From positions 224,001 through 288,000 of the forward strand of contig CAWHHI010000004.1 of assembly GCA_963829055.1 (NCBI GenBank): a stretch of 64,000 bases of DNA. The letters are read 5' to 3'. Below are positions 33,511 to 43,409 of this stretch, piece after piece. The stretch comes from an uncultured Gemmatimonadaceae bacterium (lineage in GTDB: Bacteria > Gemmatimonadota > Gemmatimonadetes > Gemmatimonadales > Gemmatimonadaceae). The notes beneath the pieces were generated by a model, which worked only from the letters and a program-made list of their open reading frames with translations, searched no databases and was not told the DNA's origin. Numbering within the stretch: the stretch's first letter is position 1; each line of letters begins with the position of its first letter. The translations under genes and the position numbers were made by a program.

Positions 33511-35298
33511 ATGATCTCCGCCCTTCGCCTAACGACGCTGTTACTGTTGGTGCCCGTGGTGCCCGCGCTCTCACTGCAGGCGACGCCGCCTCGCGTGCCT
33601 GCCCCTCGTACCGAGCCACGCCGCGCCGAGAGTCCGCGTGTTCCGGTGACGCCGCGGCCTCCGACGCCTCCGCTCGATAAGTCGGACCTCGATGGCCCGC
33701 GTGACCTCGACCGCAGCATGTACGACCTGGACTTCAAGCTGCGGAATCTCGATCACGATCTGCAGTTCCGTACGATGCCGGAAATGCCCGAGATGTCCCT
33801 GTTCGCGCTCGACAAGCTCAAGATCGCTAACGACAAGCCCGACAAGTGGGACAAGCTCGACGATGGACATGGACATGAAGCGGTTCGACATGGCCATGAA
33901 GATGGACATGGACCGCGATCGCTTCGAATCCAAGGCTCGCGATTTCGAGCATGCGGATGGGCGACTTCCCTCGGCCCATGGAGCCTTTTGCGAAGGCACC
34001 ACGATTCGGTGCCGACTGGCGCAGCGAGTCGTTCGCGACGTCTCCACGCGCCGCGTGGCTGCAGGGCGATGCCGCTGATTCGCTCTACAAGAGCGCATAC
34101 GAGCTGCTGAACCGTGGCGAATGGCGCCGAGCGGCGGCGACGTTCGGCAACATCCCGCAGCGCTACCCGAATTCCGGGTACGCGGCGGACGCGCTCTACT
34201 GGCAGGCGTTCTCGCTCTATCGGATCGGGAACACCGAGGACCTCAATGCCGCGCTCCGGTCGCTCGAGACGATGCGAGCCAAGTACCCGCAGGCAAAAAC
34301 ACAGTCCGACGCCGCCGCGCTCACGACGCGCATTCGCGGTACGCTCGCGTCGCGCGGCGACCGCAATGCCGAGCAAGCGCTCAAGAAGACCATGAGCGAG
34401 CAGGGGGAGCAGTGCGACCGCGAGGACCAGGCCGTCCGCAGCGAGGCGCTCAAGGCGCTCGCGCAGACGGATCCGGCGTCGCTCGCCACGAGCGTGAAGC
34501 GCGTGCTCGCGAAGAAGGATGCCTGCTCGGCGCCGCTCCGCCGCACGGCCGTCTACTTGATAGGCAACTCCGGCGACAACTCGGCCCCCGCCATGCTGCG
34601 CGACGTCGCGCTCAACGACTCGGAACCGGAGGTTCGCAGCACCGCGATTCAGTACCTGGCCCGCTCTCCGAGCGACATTGCGGTGAACACGCTCGACGAG
34701 ATCCTGCGGACGTCGACCGATCAGAACGTGCTGCGCACCGCGGCGCGCGCGCTGGCGGCGAACCCGAACCCACGCGCCAGGCAGTCCGTTCGAACTCTGA
34801 TCGAACGTGCCGACGCGCCCGAGCGGCTGCGCATCGAGGCGATCGGTGGCTTCGAGGACTCGCAGCGGACCACGGATGAGGACGCGGCGTACCTGCGTGG
34901 GGTCTATGGGAAGATCGACAACCCACGCATCAAGGCGCGCATCGCTCGCGTCATCGGCCAACTCGGCGGTGAGCAGAACGATGCGTGGCTGTTCGCGCTG
35001 ATGCGCAACAACGATGAGCCGCTCGAGGTGCGCACTGCGGCGCTGTCGCGTGTGGCGTCGAGCAAGATGCCGATCGCTGACGCAGTGAAGCTCTACGGCA
35101 CCGTGGCCGACCGGCAGATGCGCGAGCAGCTGATCAACGTGTACGCCCAGCGTCGTGAGCCCGAGGCGACTGACAAGCTGCTCGACATTGTGAAGAACGA
35201 CACCGACTACAACCTTCGCAGCAGGGCGATCAACGCGCTGACGCGAAAGAACGATCCACGCGCAAACAAGCTTCTGCTGGAGATCATTCGACAAATGA
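33511..35298 (+). CDS. Secreted TPR plus HEAT-repeat protein (frameshifted)
   Basis: Signal peptide; low-complexity D/M/K linker; ADSLYKSAYELLN...ADALYWQAF (TPR-like); repeated EVRxxAIxxL HEAT units. Probable true end EIIDK*. Confidence 0.7.
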
Positions 35299-36575
35299 CC
35301 GCGACCTCTCGGCTCGTTGCCGCTGCCGCCGTGTTCCTGATTCCGCCGGCGGCGCGCGCTCAGAACCTTGCGCAGCGCGTTGCGTCTGCGCCCGACGGCG
35401 CCGTTCAGTTCACGTTTGCCGCGCGCCCGGGCGTCTGTGGGAACGGCCGCAGCTACTACTCGATCGACGGATCGTCGTGGTACGGGACCGTGAACGACAA
35501 CACGATGCGTTCCGACCCGTGTCAGCCAGGGCCCGTGCGCGTGGTACTCGGACGCGCGGGCAAGGAAATCGTCGACGTGAACGTCTACGTCGGCCCGGTG
35601 CAGGCGAGTCAAGGTGTGACGGATCTCGGTGCTGTGCCCGGGCGTGAGGCGGCAGACTATCTGCTCTCACTCGCGGCACGTGTGGACGGTCGACCCGGTC
35701 GAGACGCCATCGGACCGGCAATGCTCGCGGACAGTGCGACGGTGACGCCGCAGCTGCTCGCCATTGCCCGCGACCAGTCGCGTGCTCGCGAGACGCGCAG
35801 CACCGCGATCAATTGGCTGAGCCGCGCCGGCGAGGAGCGCGGGGGCGTGTCGCCGAGCCAGCTCGCGAAGGCGTTAGGCGACATTGCGCGGGACGAGAAC
35901 GACAACCAGCAGGTTCGCTCGAGCGCGCTTCGTGTGCTGTCGCGGCAGGACAACGGGGAGGGCATCCCGGCGCTCATCGAGATCTCCCGCACCACGCAGG
36001 ACATTCGGCTTGGCAAGCAGGCGCTTGGCACGCTCGCGCAGTCTGGTGACCCGCGAGCGCGCACATACCTCCGCACGGCGGTGCAGCGCGACGACCTGAA
36101 CGATGACATGCGCGTCGCAGCCATTCGTGGTATCGGTCGCGACTACGCGACGAGCCAGGACGCGGAGTTCCTGCGCGGCCTGTACGCGAAGCTGCCGAGC
36201 GAGAAGACGAAGGAGGCAGTGCTGTCGTCGCTGGGCGAGATGGGCGGCACGGCGAACGCGAAATGGCTGATGACGATCGCCGGGAACAACGATGAGTCGA
36301 TCCGGCTGCGTCGTCGGGCGGTGCAGCTGACGGACCGCGCGGGTATTCCAGTCGCCGAGCTCGGGCAGCTCTACGATAAGGTCGAGGATCCGCAGATGAA
36401 GGACGCGATCATCTCGACGCTGTCGAACAACGGCACGAAGGCGGCGACGGACAAACTGCTGGCGATCGCGAAAACCGATCAGAACTACACGATGCGGCGG
36501 CGAGCGGTCAACGCGTTAGGCAGGTCGGAGGACCCGCGGGTCAAGGACGCGCTGAAGGACATCGTCGAGAAATAG
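35295..36575 (+). CDS. Secreted HEAT-repeat protein
   Basis: New signal peptide MTATSRLVAAAAVFLIPPAARAQ; two Cys (GVCG, DPCQPG); HEAT repeats ending DIVEK*. Confidence 0.75.
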   Translation: MTATSRLVAAAAVFLIPPAARAQNLAQRVASAPDGAVQFTFAARPGVCGNGRSYYSIDGSSWYGTVNDNTMRSDPCQPGPVRVVLGRAGKEIVDVNVYVGPVQASQGVTDLGAVPGREAADYLLSLAARVDGRPGRDAIGPAMLADSATVTPQLLAIARDQSRARETRSTAINWLSRAGEERGGVSPSQLAKALGDIARDENDNQQVRSSALRVLSRQDNGEGIPALIEISRTTQDIRLGKQALGTLAQSGDPRARTYLRTAVQRDDLNDDMRVAAIRGIGRDYATSQDAEFLRGLYAKLPSEKTKEAVLSSLGEMGGTANAKWLMTIAGNNDESIRLRRRAVQLTDRAGIPVAELGQLYDKVEDPQMKDAIISTLSNNGTKAATDKLLAIAKTDQNYTMRRRAVNALGRSEDPRVKDALKDIVEK

Positions 36576-36600
36576 CCGTCATTCCGAGCGGTCTGTCACA

Positions 36601-36706
36601 TGTCATCCCGAGCGTCAGCGAGGGACCTGGCGTGAAGTTCTCGTGGCCAGCCTTCCCACGATGACGTCACAGCAGGTCCTCGTCGCTGCCGCTCCTCGGG
36701 ATGACA
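36601..36706. repeat. REP/MITE-like element (TGTCATYCCGAG...CTCGGRATGACA family)
   Basis: Terminal inverted repeats; lies between convergent genes; partial extra end at 36578-36590. Confidence 0.8.
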
Positions 36707-36747
36707 CCCCTACTGCTCCTCCTTCCTCCTTCCTGCGGCCTCCGTCG

Positions 36748-37566
36748 TCAGTGCGTCTGAATATTCACCCCTACAGCCACGCCGCCGTCCGGCTTCTTCT
36801 GCACGGTTGGGCGCAGTAGCCACTTGTCGATGCGGTTGCCCGGATGCGAGTGGTGATAGCGGACCACCTTCGTGCCCGCGAACGTACCGATCGCGGCGCC
36901 CATGACGACGTCGCTCGCCCAGTGCTTGTTGTTGTACATGCGCGAGACCGCAATCATCGTCGCGCCGCCATACATCACCGGGGCGATGTACCACGTCGAG
37001 CCCGGCCACCACTTCGACGTCTCGCTCGTCACCGCGGCCGCCGCCGCGAATCCCGCCGCCGAGTGGCCGGAAGGGAACGAGCGATAGACGTCGTTGTGCT
37101 TGAACCCGCGCGCGAACACGAAGCTCCGGGGATCTGTGATGTCCGCTTCGGGTCTCGCCCGACCAGCCAGCCCCTTCGTGACCGCAACGACACCGTTCGC
37201 AATGAGCAGCGCTTCGGTGCCGTGGAGCCCGAGGTCGGCCATGCGATCCACGCGTGCGATGCGGCCGACGCTGTACATGGTCACGCCGATGATGGTTGCT
37301 CCAGGGTTGCCCATCCAACGGAAGTAGTCGGCCGCGCTGCTGAGAAACTGGTTCTGCTGGTTGCCAGGCGACTGCAGCTTGCCCGCGAAGTAGCGATCGG
37401 CTGGGTAGAGGGCCACGGTGCCGGCGACGAACCCCGCGGCGATCCACGCGTCCTTCGACGTGAACAGCGGTTCGTGCGAGATGTGGGTCGTGTCGGACGG
37501 CTGCGCCTCCGCCACCGAACCGACCGCCATGGCCAATGCCGCTGTCAAAGTAAGGAGCTTCGTCAC
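36748..37566 (-). CDS. PAP2-family phosphatase
   Basis: KGLAGRARP, SFPSGH and SRMYNNKHWASDV; GTG start with a GGAG RBS. Confidence 0.9.
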   Translation of the reverse strand: MTKLLTLTAALAMAVGSVAEAQPSDTTHISHEPLFTSKDAWIAAGFVAGTVALYPADRYFAGKLQSPGNQQNQFLSSAADYFRWMGNPGATIIGVTMYSVGRIARVDRMADLGLHGTEALLIANGVVAVTKGLAGRARPEADITDPRSFVFARGFKHNDVYRSFPSGHSAAGFAAAAAVTSETSKWWPGSTWYIAPVMYGGATMIAVSRMYNNKHWASDVVMGAAIGTFAGTKVVRYHHSHPGNRIDKWLLRPTVQKKPDGGVAVGVNIQTH

Positions 37567-37813
37567 TCGTCCCCTCCGTCGTGCTGCCAGTTGATTGGCA
37601 TTAGTTCGCTTGTGCGTTGGTTCAGTTCTACTCGTGCTGCTCACAGCGCGGCCCGGTTGGCGGCGCTCCGATGTACAAAGGCAACCTGTGCGCCGCGGAA
37701 CGGGCCAACGGGCCCATGAGAGCGGTTCGCTCAGAAGTCTGAATAAGCGCACTCGACAATAAAGTCGGTTCGTTGCGTCATCGGGTGGTTGACGACAACC
37801 GAACCCGTCGACA

Positions 37814-37834
37814 CTATACCGCGACGCGGTATAG
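37814..37834. promoter_or_regulatory. Perfect palindrome, candidate PadR operator
   Basis: CTATACCGCG-A-CGCGGTATAG, 35 nt upstream of the padR ATG. Confidence 0.65.
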
Positions 37835-37868
37835 CATCCGACGACACAGTGATCCGGGAGTGACTCGA

Positions 37869-38261
37869 ATGGCCGGCAATCAGGAGAGCGAATCCGAATC
37901 ACAGACGGCCCTCAGCGCGCAGGTCTTTCAGATCCTTCTCTCGTTGCTCGACGAGGACCTGCACGGCTACGCCTTGATTCAGGACATTCGTCGACGCACG
38001 GACGGCGAGGTCGTACTCACCGCGAGCACGCTGTACGCGGCGACCAAACGACTGGTCAGCGCAGGCTGGATCCAGGAGGTGGAGCTTGCATCGCCGCCGC
38101 CAGACCACGACGCGCGACGTCGCTACTATCGCATCACGGACCGGGGGCGGGCGGCGGCGCGAGCCGAAGCGCTCCGCCTCGAGCGGCTCACCGCGATGGC
38201 GCGCGACAAGCGACTGCTCGGCGCATTCGGCACCGCGCCGCAGCCCAAGGGGTCGCGATGA
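37869..38261 (+). CDS. PadR-family regulator
   Basis: FQILLSL...HGYALIQDI...STLYAATKRL...RRRYYRITDRGR. Confidence 0.9.
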   Translation: MAGNQESESESQTALSAQVFQILLSLLDEDLHGYALIQDIRRRTDGEVVLTASTLYAATKRLVSAGWIQEVELASPPPDHDARRRYYRITDRGRAAARAEALRLERLTAMARDKRLLGAFGTAPQPKGSR

Positions 38262-40972
38262 CCACGCCACGAGGATCGGCGGCGCCCCGCACGCTCACGT
38301 CGCGGATGTTTGGCGCCCTGACACGACTGCTTCCGGCGGCCATCCGCGATCGCGACGCCGACGAGCTCCGTGATGTCTACGCCGCCCTCGAGGCCGACGC
38401 CCGCCGCGTGCGCGGCTGGCGCGGTGGCGTGGCGACGTTCGCATCGGAACTGCCCGGGTTCTTCGAGCTGGCCGTCCGAGAGCACGCGGCTGGCTGGCGC
38501 GCGCGGCGGGTGCACCGCCGTCGCCAACGGACGATCGCGTCGTACCAACTCCCGTACTCCGAGGACACGTCCATGATGGAGTCGCTGCACCAGGATGTCC
38601 GGTACGCCGTGCGCGCGCTGCGGAAGAGTGCGTCGTTCACAGCCATCGCCACGGCGACGCTCGCGTTAGGAATCGGGGCCAACACGGCGATCTTCTCGGT
38701 CGTGAACGGCGTGCTGCTCAAGCCGCTCGCGTTCGCGGAGCCTGATCGCATCGTCACCGTGATGGACCAGCCGGCGACCGGGGCGCCCGGCGTGTACGGG
38801 TCGTCGCCCGCGAACTTCGTGGACGTGCGTCGCGATACTCGCGCCGCCAGGCCGGTCGCGGGTTTCTCCACTCAGCGAGTGACGCTGATCGGACGCGGTG
38901 AGCCCGAGTCGGTGCAGGCCGTGAACACGGTCGGCGACGTGTTCGGCGTCCTCGGGGTCCGCGCCTTCATTGGCCGGACGCTCGTGCCTAACGATGACGA
39001 TCCCGCTTCCGCTCCGGCCGTCGTGCTCGGCTACGGAACGTGGCAGCGCCTGTTCGACTCGGACCGGTCGATCGTCGGGAAAACCGTGACGATCAACCGC
39101 ACGCCGCGGGTCGTGGTCGGTGTGATGCCGCGACGCTTCGTGTTCGCGCCCGCCCCGGCCGATGTCTGGATCCCGGAACAATGGACTCCGGAATACGCCG
39201 CGAACCAGGACCAGTACTACATCCAGATCATCGCGCGGCTGGCGCCGACCGCGACGGTCGCGCGCTTCTCGGCCGAGCTCGAGACGATCTCGGCTCGACT
39301 CCGCACCGATCGCGCGGAGTTCAACACCGGGCTCCGACTGAGTGCAACGCCGCTCAAGGACACGATCGTGTCGAACGTGCGCACGCGTCTCCTCGTGCTC
39401 ATGAGCGCCGTCGCCTTCCTGCTGCTCATCACGTGCACGAACCTGGCGAATCTGATGCTCGCCCGGGCGTCTTCTCGGCACGGCGAGTTCGCGGTGCGCC
39501 GCGCGTTAGGGGCGCACCGCGGCCGGATCGTCAGGCAGTTGCTGACCGAGAGCTTGCTGCTCGCGATGATCGGTGGCGCGTTAGGGCTGCTCGTTGGCCA
39601 GCTTCTGCTCCGAGCGATTGTCGCGGCCGAACAGACATCGCTGCCGCGCGTGGACGAGGTCGGGCTCGACCTGACGACGTTCGCGTTCGCGGTCCTGGCG
39701 TCGCTGATTGCCGGTGCGTCCGTGGGAATTCTACCGGCCTTGCGCGCGTCGTCGACCCACTCGATGGAAGTGCTCCGTCAGGGACTTCGAGGCAGCGGGA
39801 CGCATCAACGCGCGCGCAGCGTGCTGGTCGTGGCCGAACTGGCGCTTGCGCTCATGCTGCTCACGGGCGCGGGGCTGCTGCTGCGGAGCTTCGGTCGCCT
39901 GCTCGAGGTCGACACGGGAGTTGCCGCGAGCGGAGTGCTCACGTTGCAGATGAACGTCGGCAACCGCGCTGCTCAGACTGTGGAGGAAAGCCTCGACCGG
40001 ATTCGCGCCATTCCCGGCGTCCGTGCGGCCGCGGTGACGAGCCAGCTCCCGGTCACCGGGCGAGGCACGGGTGCGTGGCTGAACATCGTCGACCGCCCGA
40101 CGAAGCCTAACGAGACTCCACCCGCGGAAGCGTACCGCGTCGTCACGCCCGACTACTTCTCGACCATGGGCATCCGGCTGCTGCGCGGTCGCCTTCCCAC
40201 GCCCGATGACCGCGCCGATCACACGCCGGCCGTGGTGGTGAACGAGGCGTTGGCGAAGCGCTACTGGCCGAACGAGGATCCGATCGGGAAGCAGGTTCAA
40301 CTCGGGGCGCCCGGCAACTATCTCATTCCACCGTCGCCGATCGTGGGAATCGTGGCCAACACGCCGGACGGCGGGCTGGACGCGCCACCGCTACCAGCGG
40401 TGTTCCTGCCATTGCGCGTTGCGCCGTGGTGGCCGGCGTTCTCGTACGTGATCCGGACCAACGGTCGCCCGACGGCGGTCACGTCTGCCGTTCGCCGCGA
40501 GTTGCGGGCGCTATTCCCGGCCATGGCGATTCGCAACGTGCAGACGATGGATGACGTGCTCTACGATTCGGCGGCGCCGGCGCGGCTGTCCGCGCGACTC
40601 ATCGGCGCGTTCGCCATCGTCGCGCTGATCACGGCGGCGCTCGGCGTGTTCGGCGTGCTTTCGTTCGTCGTCGCTCAGCGCACGAGAGAGCTCGGCATCC
40701 GCATGGCACTCGGCGCCGCTCCGGGCGACGTCCGGCGCATGGTCCTCGGCTACGGCAGCCGACTGGCGCTGGCCGGCCTCGCGATCGGGCTCCTCGGGTC
40801 GTTCGCGCTGACACGCCTCATCTCGGGCGTGCTGTTCGGCGTGACACCGACGGACCCACTCACGTTCGGTGTGGTGTCGGCGATCTTGTTAGGCATCGGC
40901 GTCCTGGCGAGCTGGCTGCCGGCGCGTCGCGCGACGCGCATCGACCCGATCGTGGCGCTCCGCGCCGACTGA
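38258..40972 (+). CDS. ADOP duplicated ABC permease (intact, with N-terminal extension)
   Basis: QDVRYAVRALRKS...LALGIGANTAIFSVVNGVLLKPL; QRTRELGIRMALGA; RIDPIVALRAD. Confidence 0.95.
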   Translation: MTTPRGSAAPRTLTSRMFGALTRLLPAAIRDRDADELRDVYAALEADARRVRGWRGGVATFASELPGFFELAVREHAAGWRARRVHRRRQRTIASYQLPYSEDTSMMESLHQDVRYAVRALRKSASFTAIATATLALGIGANTAIFSVVNGVLLKPLAFAEPDRIVTVMDQPATGAPGVYGSSPANFVDVRRDTRAARPVAGFSTQRVTLIGRGEPESVQAVNTVGDVFGVLGVRAFIGRTLVPNDDDPASAPAVVLGYGTWQRLFDSDRSIVGKTVTINRTPRVVVGVMPRRFVFAPAPADVWIPEQWTPEYAANQDQYYIQIIARLAPTATVARFSAELETISARLRTDRAEFNTGLRLSATPLKDTIVSNVRTRLLVLMSAVAFLLLITCTNLANLMLARASSRHGEFAVRRALGAHRGRIVRQLLTESLLLAMIGGALGLLVGQLLLRAIVAAEQTSLPRVDEVGLDLTTFAFAVLASLIAGASVGILPALRASSTHSMEVLRQGLRGSGTHQRARSVLVVAELALALMLLTGAGLLLRSFGRLLEVDTGVAASGVLTLQMNVGNRAAQTVEESLDRIRAIPGVRAAAVTSQLPVTGRGTGAWLNIVDRPTKPNETPPAEAYRVVTPDYFSTMGIRLLRGRLPTPDDRADHTPAVVVNEALAKRYWPNEDPIGKQVQLGAPGNYLIPPSPIVGIVANTPDGGLDAPPLPAVFLPLRVAPWWPAFSYVIRTNGRPTAVTSAVRRELRALFPAMAIRNVQTMDDVLYDSAAPARLSARLIGAFAIVALITAALGVFGVLSFVVAQRTRELGIRMALGAAPGDVRRMVLGYGSRLALAGLAIGLLGSFALTRLISGVLFGVTPTDPLTFGVVSAILLGIGVLASWLPARRATRIDPIVALRAD

Positions 40973-41041
40973 GGAAGGAGGAAGGAGGCCTTAGGAAGGA
41001 GAGGACGGCGGACGGCGGAGGGCGGACGGCGGAGAACGGCG

Positions 41042-41157
41042 TGTCATCCCGAGCGCCAGCGACAGCGGCAGCGAGGGATCTCTGTGAGGTCATCGTGGCC
41101 GGTCTGGCCACGAATACCGTTCGAGAAGATCCCTCCGCTGCGCTCCGCGGGATGACA
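41042..41157. repeat. REP/MITE-like element (TGTCATYCCGAG family), preceded by GGAGGAA/GGACGGC heptamers (40972-41040)
   Basis: TGTCATCCCGAGCG...GGGATCT...AGATCCCT...GGGATGACA. Confidence 0.8.
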
Positions 41158-41235
41158 GAGATGAAAAAGGACGCAAGGAGATCGTGATCCCCTTGCGTCC
41201 TTTCCGCGCCCACGCGGCTCGCGCCGCGTCGAGCG

Positions 41236-41496
41236 CTACACTGTTCTTCGTGCGCCGCGTATCAGTCGGAGCAGGAAGAGCAGAACCACGGCGCCGATGA
41301 ACGCGACGAAGATCGTTCCCGGCAGCCCACCCCATGGCGACGAAACACCGAGCGAGCTGAAGATCCAGCCGCCGACGAACGCGCCCACGATCCCGATGAT
41401 GATATCGCCGACCAGTCCGTACCCGGTGCCGCCCATCACGAGCGACGCGAGCACGCCGGCAATCAATCCGACGATGATCCAGGTGAGAATAGTCAT
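41236..41496 (-). CDS. GlsB/YeaQ/YmgE (transglycosylase-associated) membrane protein
   Basis: WIIVGLIAGVLA...IIIGIVGAFVGG...AFIGAVVLL. Confidence 0.92.
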   Translation of the reverse strand: MTILTWIIVGLIAGVLASLVMGGTGYGLVGDIIIGIVGAFVGGWIFSSLGVSSPWGGLPGTIFVAFIGAVVLLFLLRLIRGARRTV

Positions 41497-41669
41497 GACG
41501 TCTCCTGAGCTTGTGCGATAACCGAGTCAATGACGTGAAAGGCAACTCGCGTGCCTTGCCGACTCGCACCGAAAACGCCACATCTCCGCGCTGCGCAGCC
41601 GCCTGATCGGACGACGCCGGTGTCGTCCGATCGGCCGGCACTTACGGTGTTGCCACGAGCCCAGCATCG

Positions 41670-43352
41670 ATGTCTCGGACTCCTCTCTTTCGCCTCCTCC
41701 AGCGCTCGTACCGCGCTGCGTCGTACTCCATCACGCACGCCGAGCCCGTCGACGAGCTGCTCGACCGACGCGACGAGAGCCGCCGCGCCCGCGTCGCCCT
41801 TCAGGGCGAGCATGGGATGTCGCGCCGACAGTTCGTCGCCGGCACCGCCGCCGTTGCCGCCGTCGCCGCGCTCGACGCGTGTGCCCCTCGCGTGCCTTCC
41901 ACCGGCGGCGTCACCCCGCGCCCCGACGACAGCAGCTCACCGGTGCTCATCATCGGCGCGGGCATTGCCGGCCTCACCGCCGGGTATCGGCTCAGACAGG
42001 CCGGAGTGCCGGTGCGCATCATTGAAGCCCAGAACCGCATCGGCGGACGGATGTTTTCGCTGCGCAACTTCTTCGCCGACGGCCAGGTCTGCGAGCTCGG
42101 CGGCGAGTTGATCGACACGAACCAGACGCACATTCAAGCGTTGGCCGGGGAGCTCGGGATCCCGCTCGACGATCTCTCGAAGGACGACGCCCTCGTGCGG
42201 GACATGTTCTACTTCGACGGCGCGCTTCGCTCGGAGCGTGACGTCGTCGAGGCGTTCGTACCCGTCGCGCGTCGTGTCAGCGCCGAGCTCGCGACGCTCG
42301 GCGCCGACCCCGAGGTTGGCTATCAGACCGCTACGCCCGCAGCCGTCGCGCTCGACCGCATGTCGATCGCGCAGTGGCTCGACAAGGCCGGCGTGAACGG
42401 ATGGTTCCGCCGGCTTCTCGATGTCGCGTACACCACCGAGTACGGCCTCCCGACCGACCGCCAGTCGTCGCTCAACTTCCTGCTCATGATCGATCCCGAG
42501 CCGGATCCCTTCCGCATGTTCGGCGAGAGCGACGAGCGCTATCACGTGCATGCCGGCAACGATCTCATCCCCAAAACGCTCGCCGAGAAGCTGTCGGACG
42601 CGATCGAGACGAACACGGTGCTCGAGTCGATCGACCGTCGCTCGGACGGCAGGTACGTGTGCTCGCTCCGTCGCGGTTCGTCGAGCACCACGGCGACGGC
42701 GTCGCAGGTGCTCGTGGCGATCCCGTTCACACTGCTGCGCGACGTGCGGATCAACGTGCCGCTGCCCGCCCAGAAAAAGCGGGCGATCGCGGAGTTGGGC
42801 TACGGCACGAACGCGAAGCTCATGGTCGGATTTTCCTCACGCGTGTGGCGTGAGCGACTGAAGTCGAACGGCAGCACGCTCACCGACCTGCCATACCAGC
42901 TCACGTGGGAGACGAGTCGGGCGCAGTCGGGAAGTGCTGGCATCCTCACGAACTTCACAGGTGGCGCACACGGCGTGGAGCTGGGGCAGGGCACCGACTC
43001 CGAGCAGGCGGCGCGCATGGTCGCCGATCTGGAGCGCATCTTCCCTGGTGTGACGGCGGCACGCGCGGGGATGAAGGAGGTGCGGTTCCACTGGCCGTCG
43101 TTCCCCTGGACGCGCGGCAGCTACGCGAGCTACCTGACAGGCCAGTGGACTGCGTTCTCTGGCGCGGAAGGCGAAGCAGTGGAGGGACTCCACTTCGCGG
43201 GTGAGCACTGCTCGCGCGACGCGCAGGGTTTCATGGAGGGAGGATGCGAGACCGGAGAGCGCGCGGCGAAGGAGATCGCCGAGGCGCGCGGCAAGCGTGT
43301 TGGCAGCATTCGACGCTTCGAGCCTCGTCGCCTGCTCGTGGCGGCCCGGTGA
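41670..43352 (+). CDS. Flavin monoamine oxidase family protein
   Basis: IIGAGIAGL...EAQNRIGGR; ELGGELID; HFAGEH...GFMEGGCETGERAA; internal SRRQFV Tat-like motif. Confidence 0.9.
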   Translation: MSRTPLFRLLQRSYRAASYSITHAEPVDELLDRRDESRRARVALQGEHGMSRRQFVAGTAAVAAVAALDACAPRVPSTGGVTPRPDDSSSPVLIIGAGIAGLTAGYRLRQAGVPVRIIEAQNRIGGRMFSLRNFFADGQVCELGGELIDTNQTHIQALAGELGIPLDDLSKDDALVRDMFYFDGALRSERDVVEAFVPVARRVSAELATLGADPEVGYQTATPAAVALDRMSIAQWLDKAGVNGWFRRLLDVAYTTEYGLPTDRQSSLNFLLMIDPEPDPFRMFGESDERYHVHAGNDLIPKTLAEKLSDAIETNTVLESIDRRSDGRYVCSLRRGSSSTTATASQVLVAIPFTLLRDVRINVPLPAQKKRAIAELGYGTNAKLMVGFSSRVWRERLKSNGSTLTDLPYQLTWETSRAQSGSAGILTNFTGGAHGVELGQGTDSEQAARMVADLERIFPGVTAARAGMKEVRFHWPSFPWTRGSYASYLTGQWTAFSGAEGEAVEGLHFAGEHCSRDAQGFMEGGCETGERAAKEIAEARGKRVGSIRRFEPRRLLVAAR

Positions 43353-43409
43353 GCCTCGGGCGGCCTAACGAGAGGTCCGACGCCGCATGAGTGGCGTCGG
43401 AGACGTCTG

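Noticed and set aside
33951..36575. 874-aa single HEAT-repeat ORF
   Set aside because: It has an internal signal peptide at 35295. ATCATTCGACAAATGA becomes I-I-D-K-stop overlapping the ATG if one base is removed, so this is likely two genes joined by an indel error.
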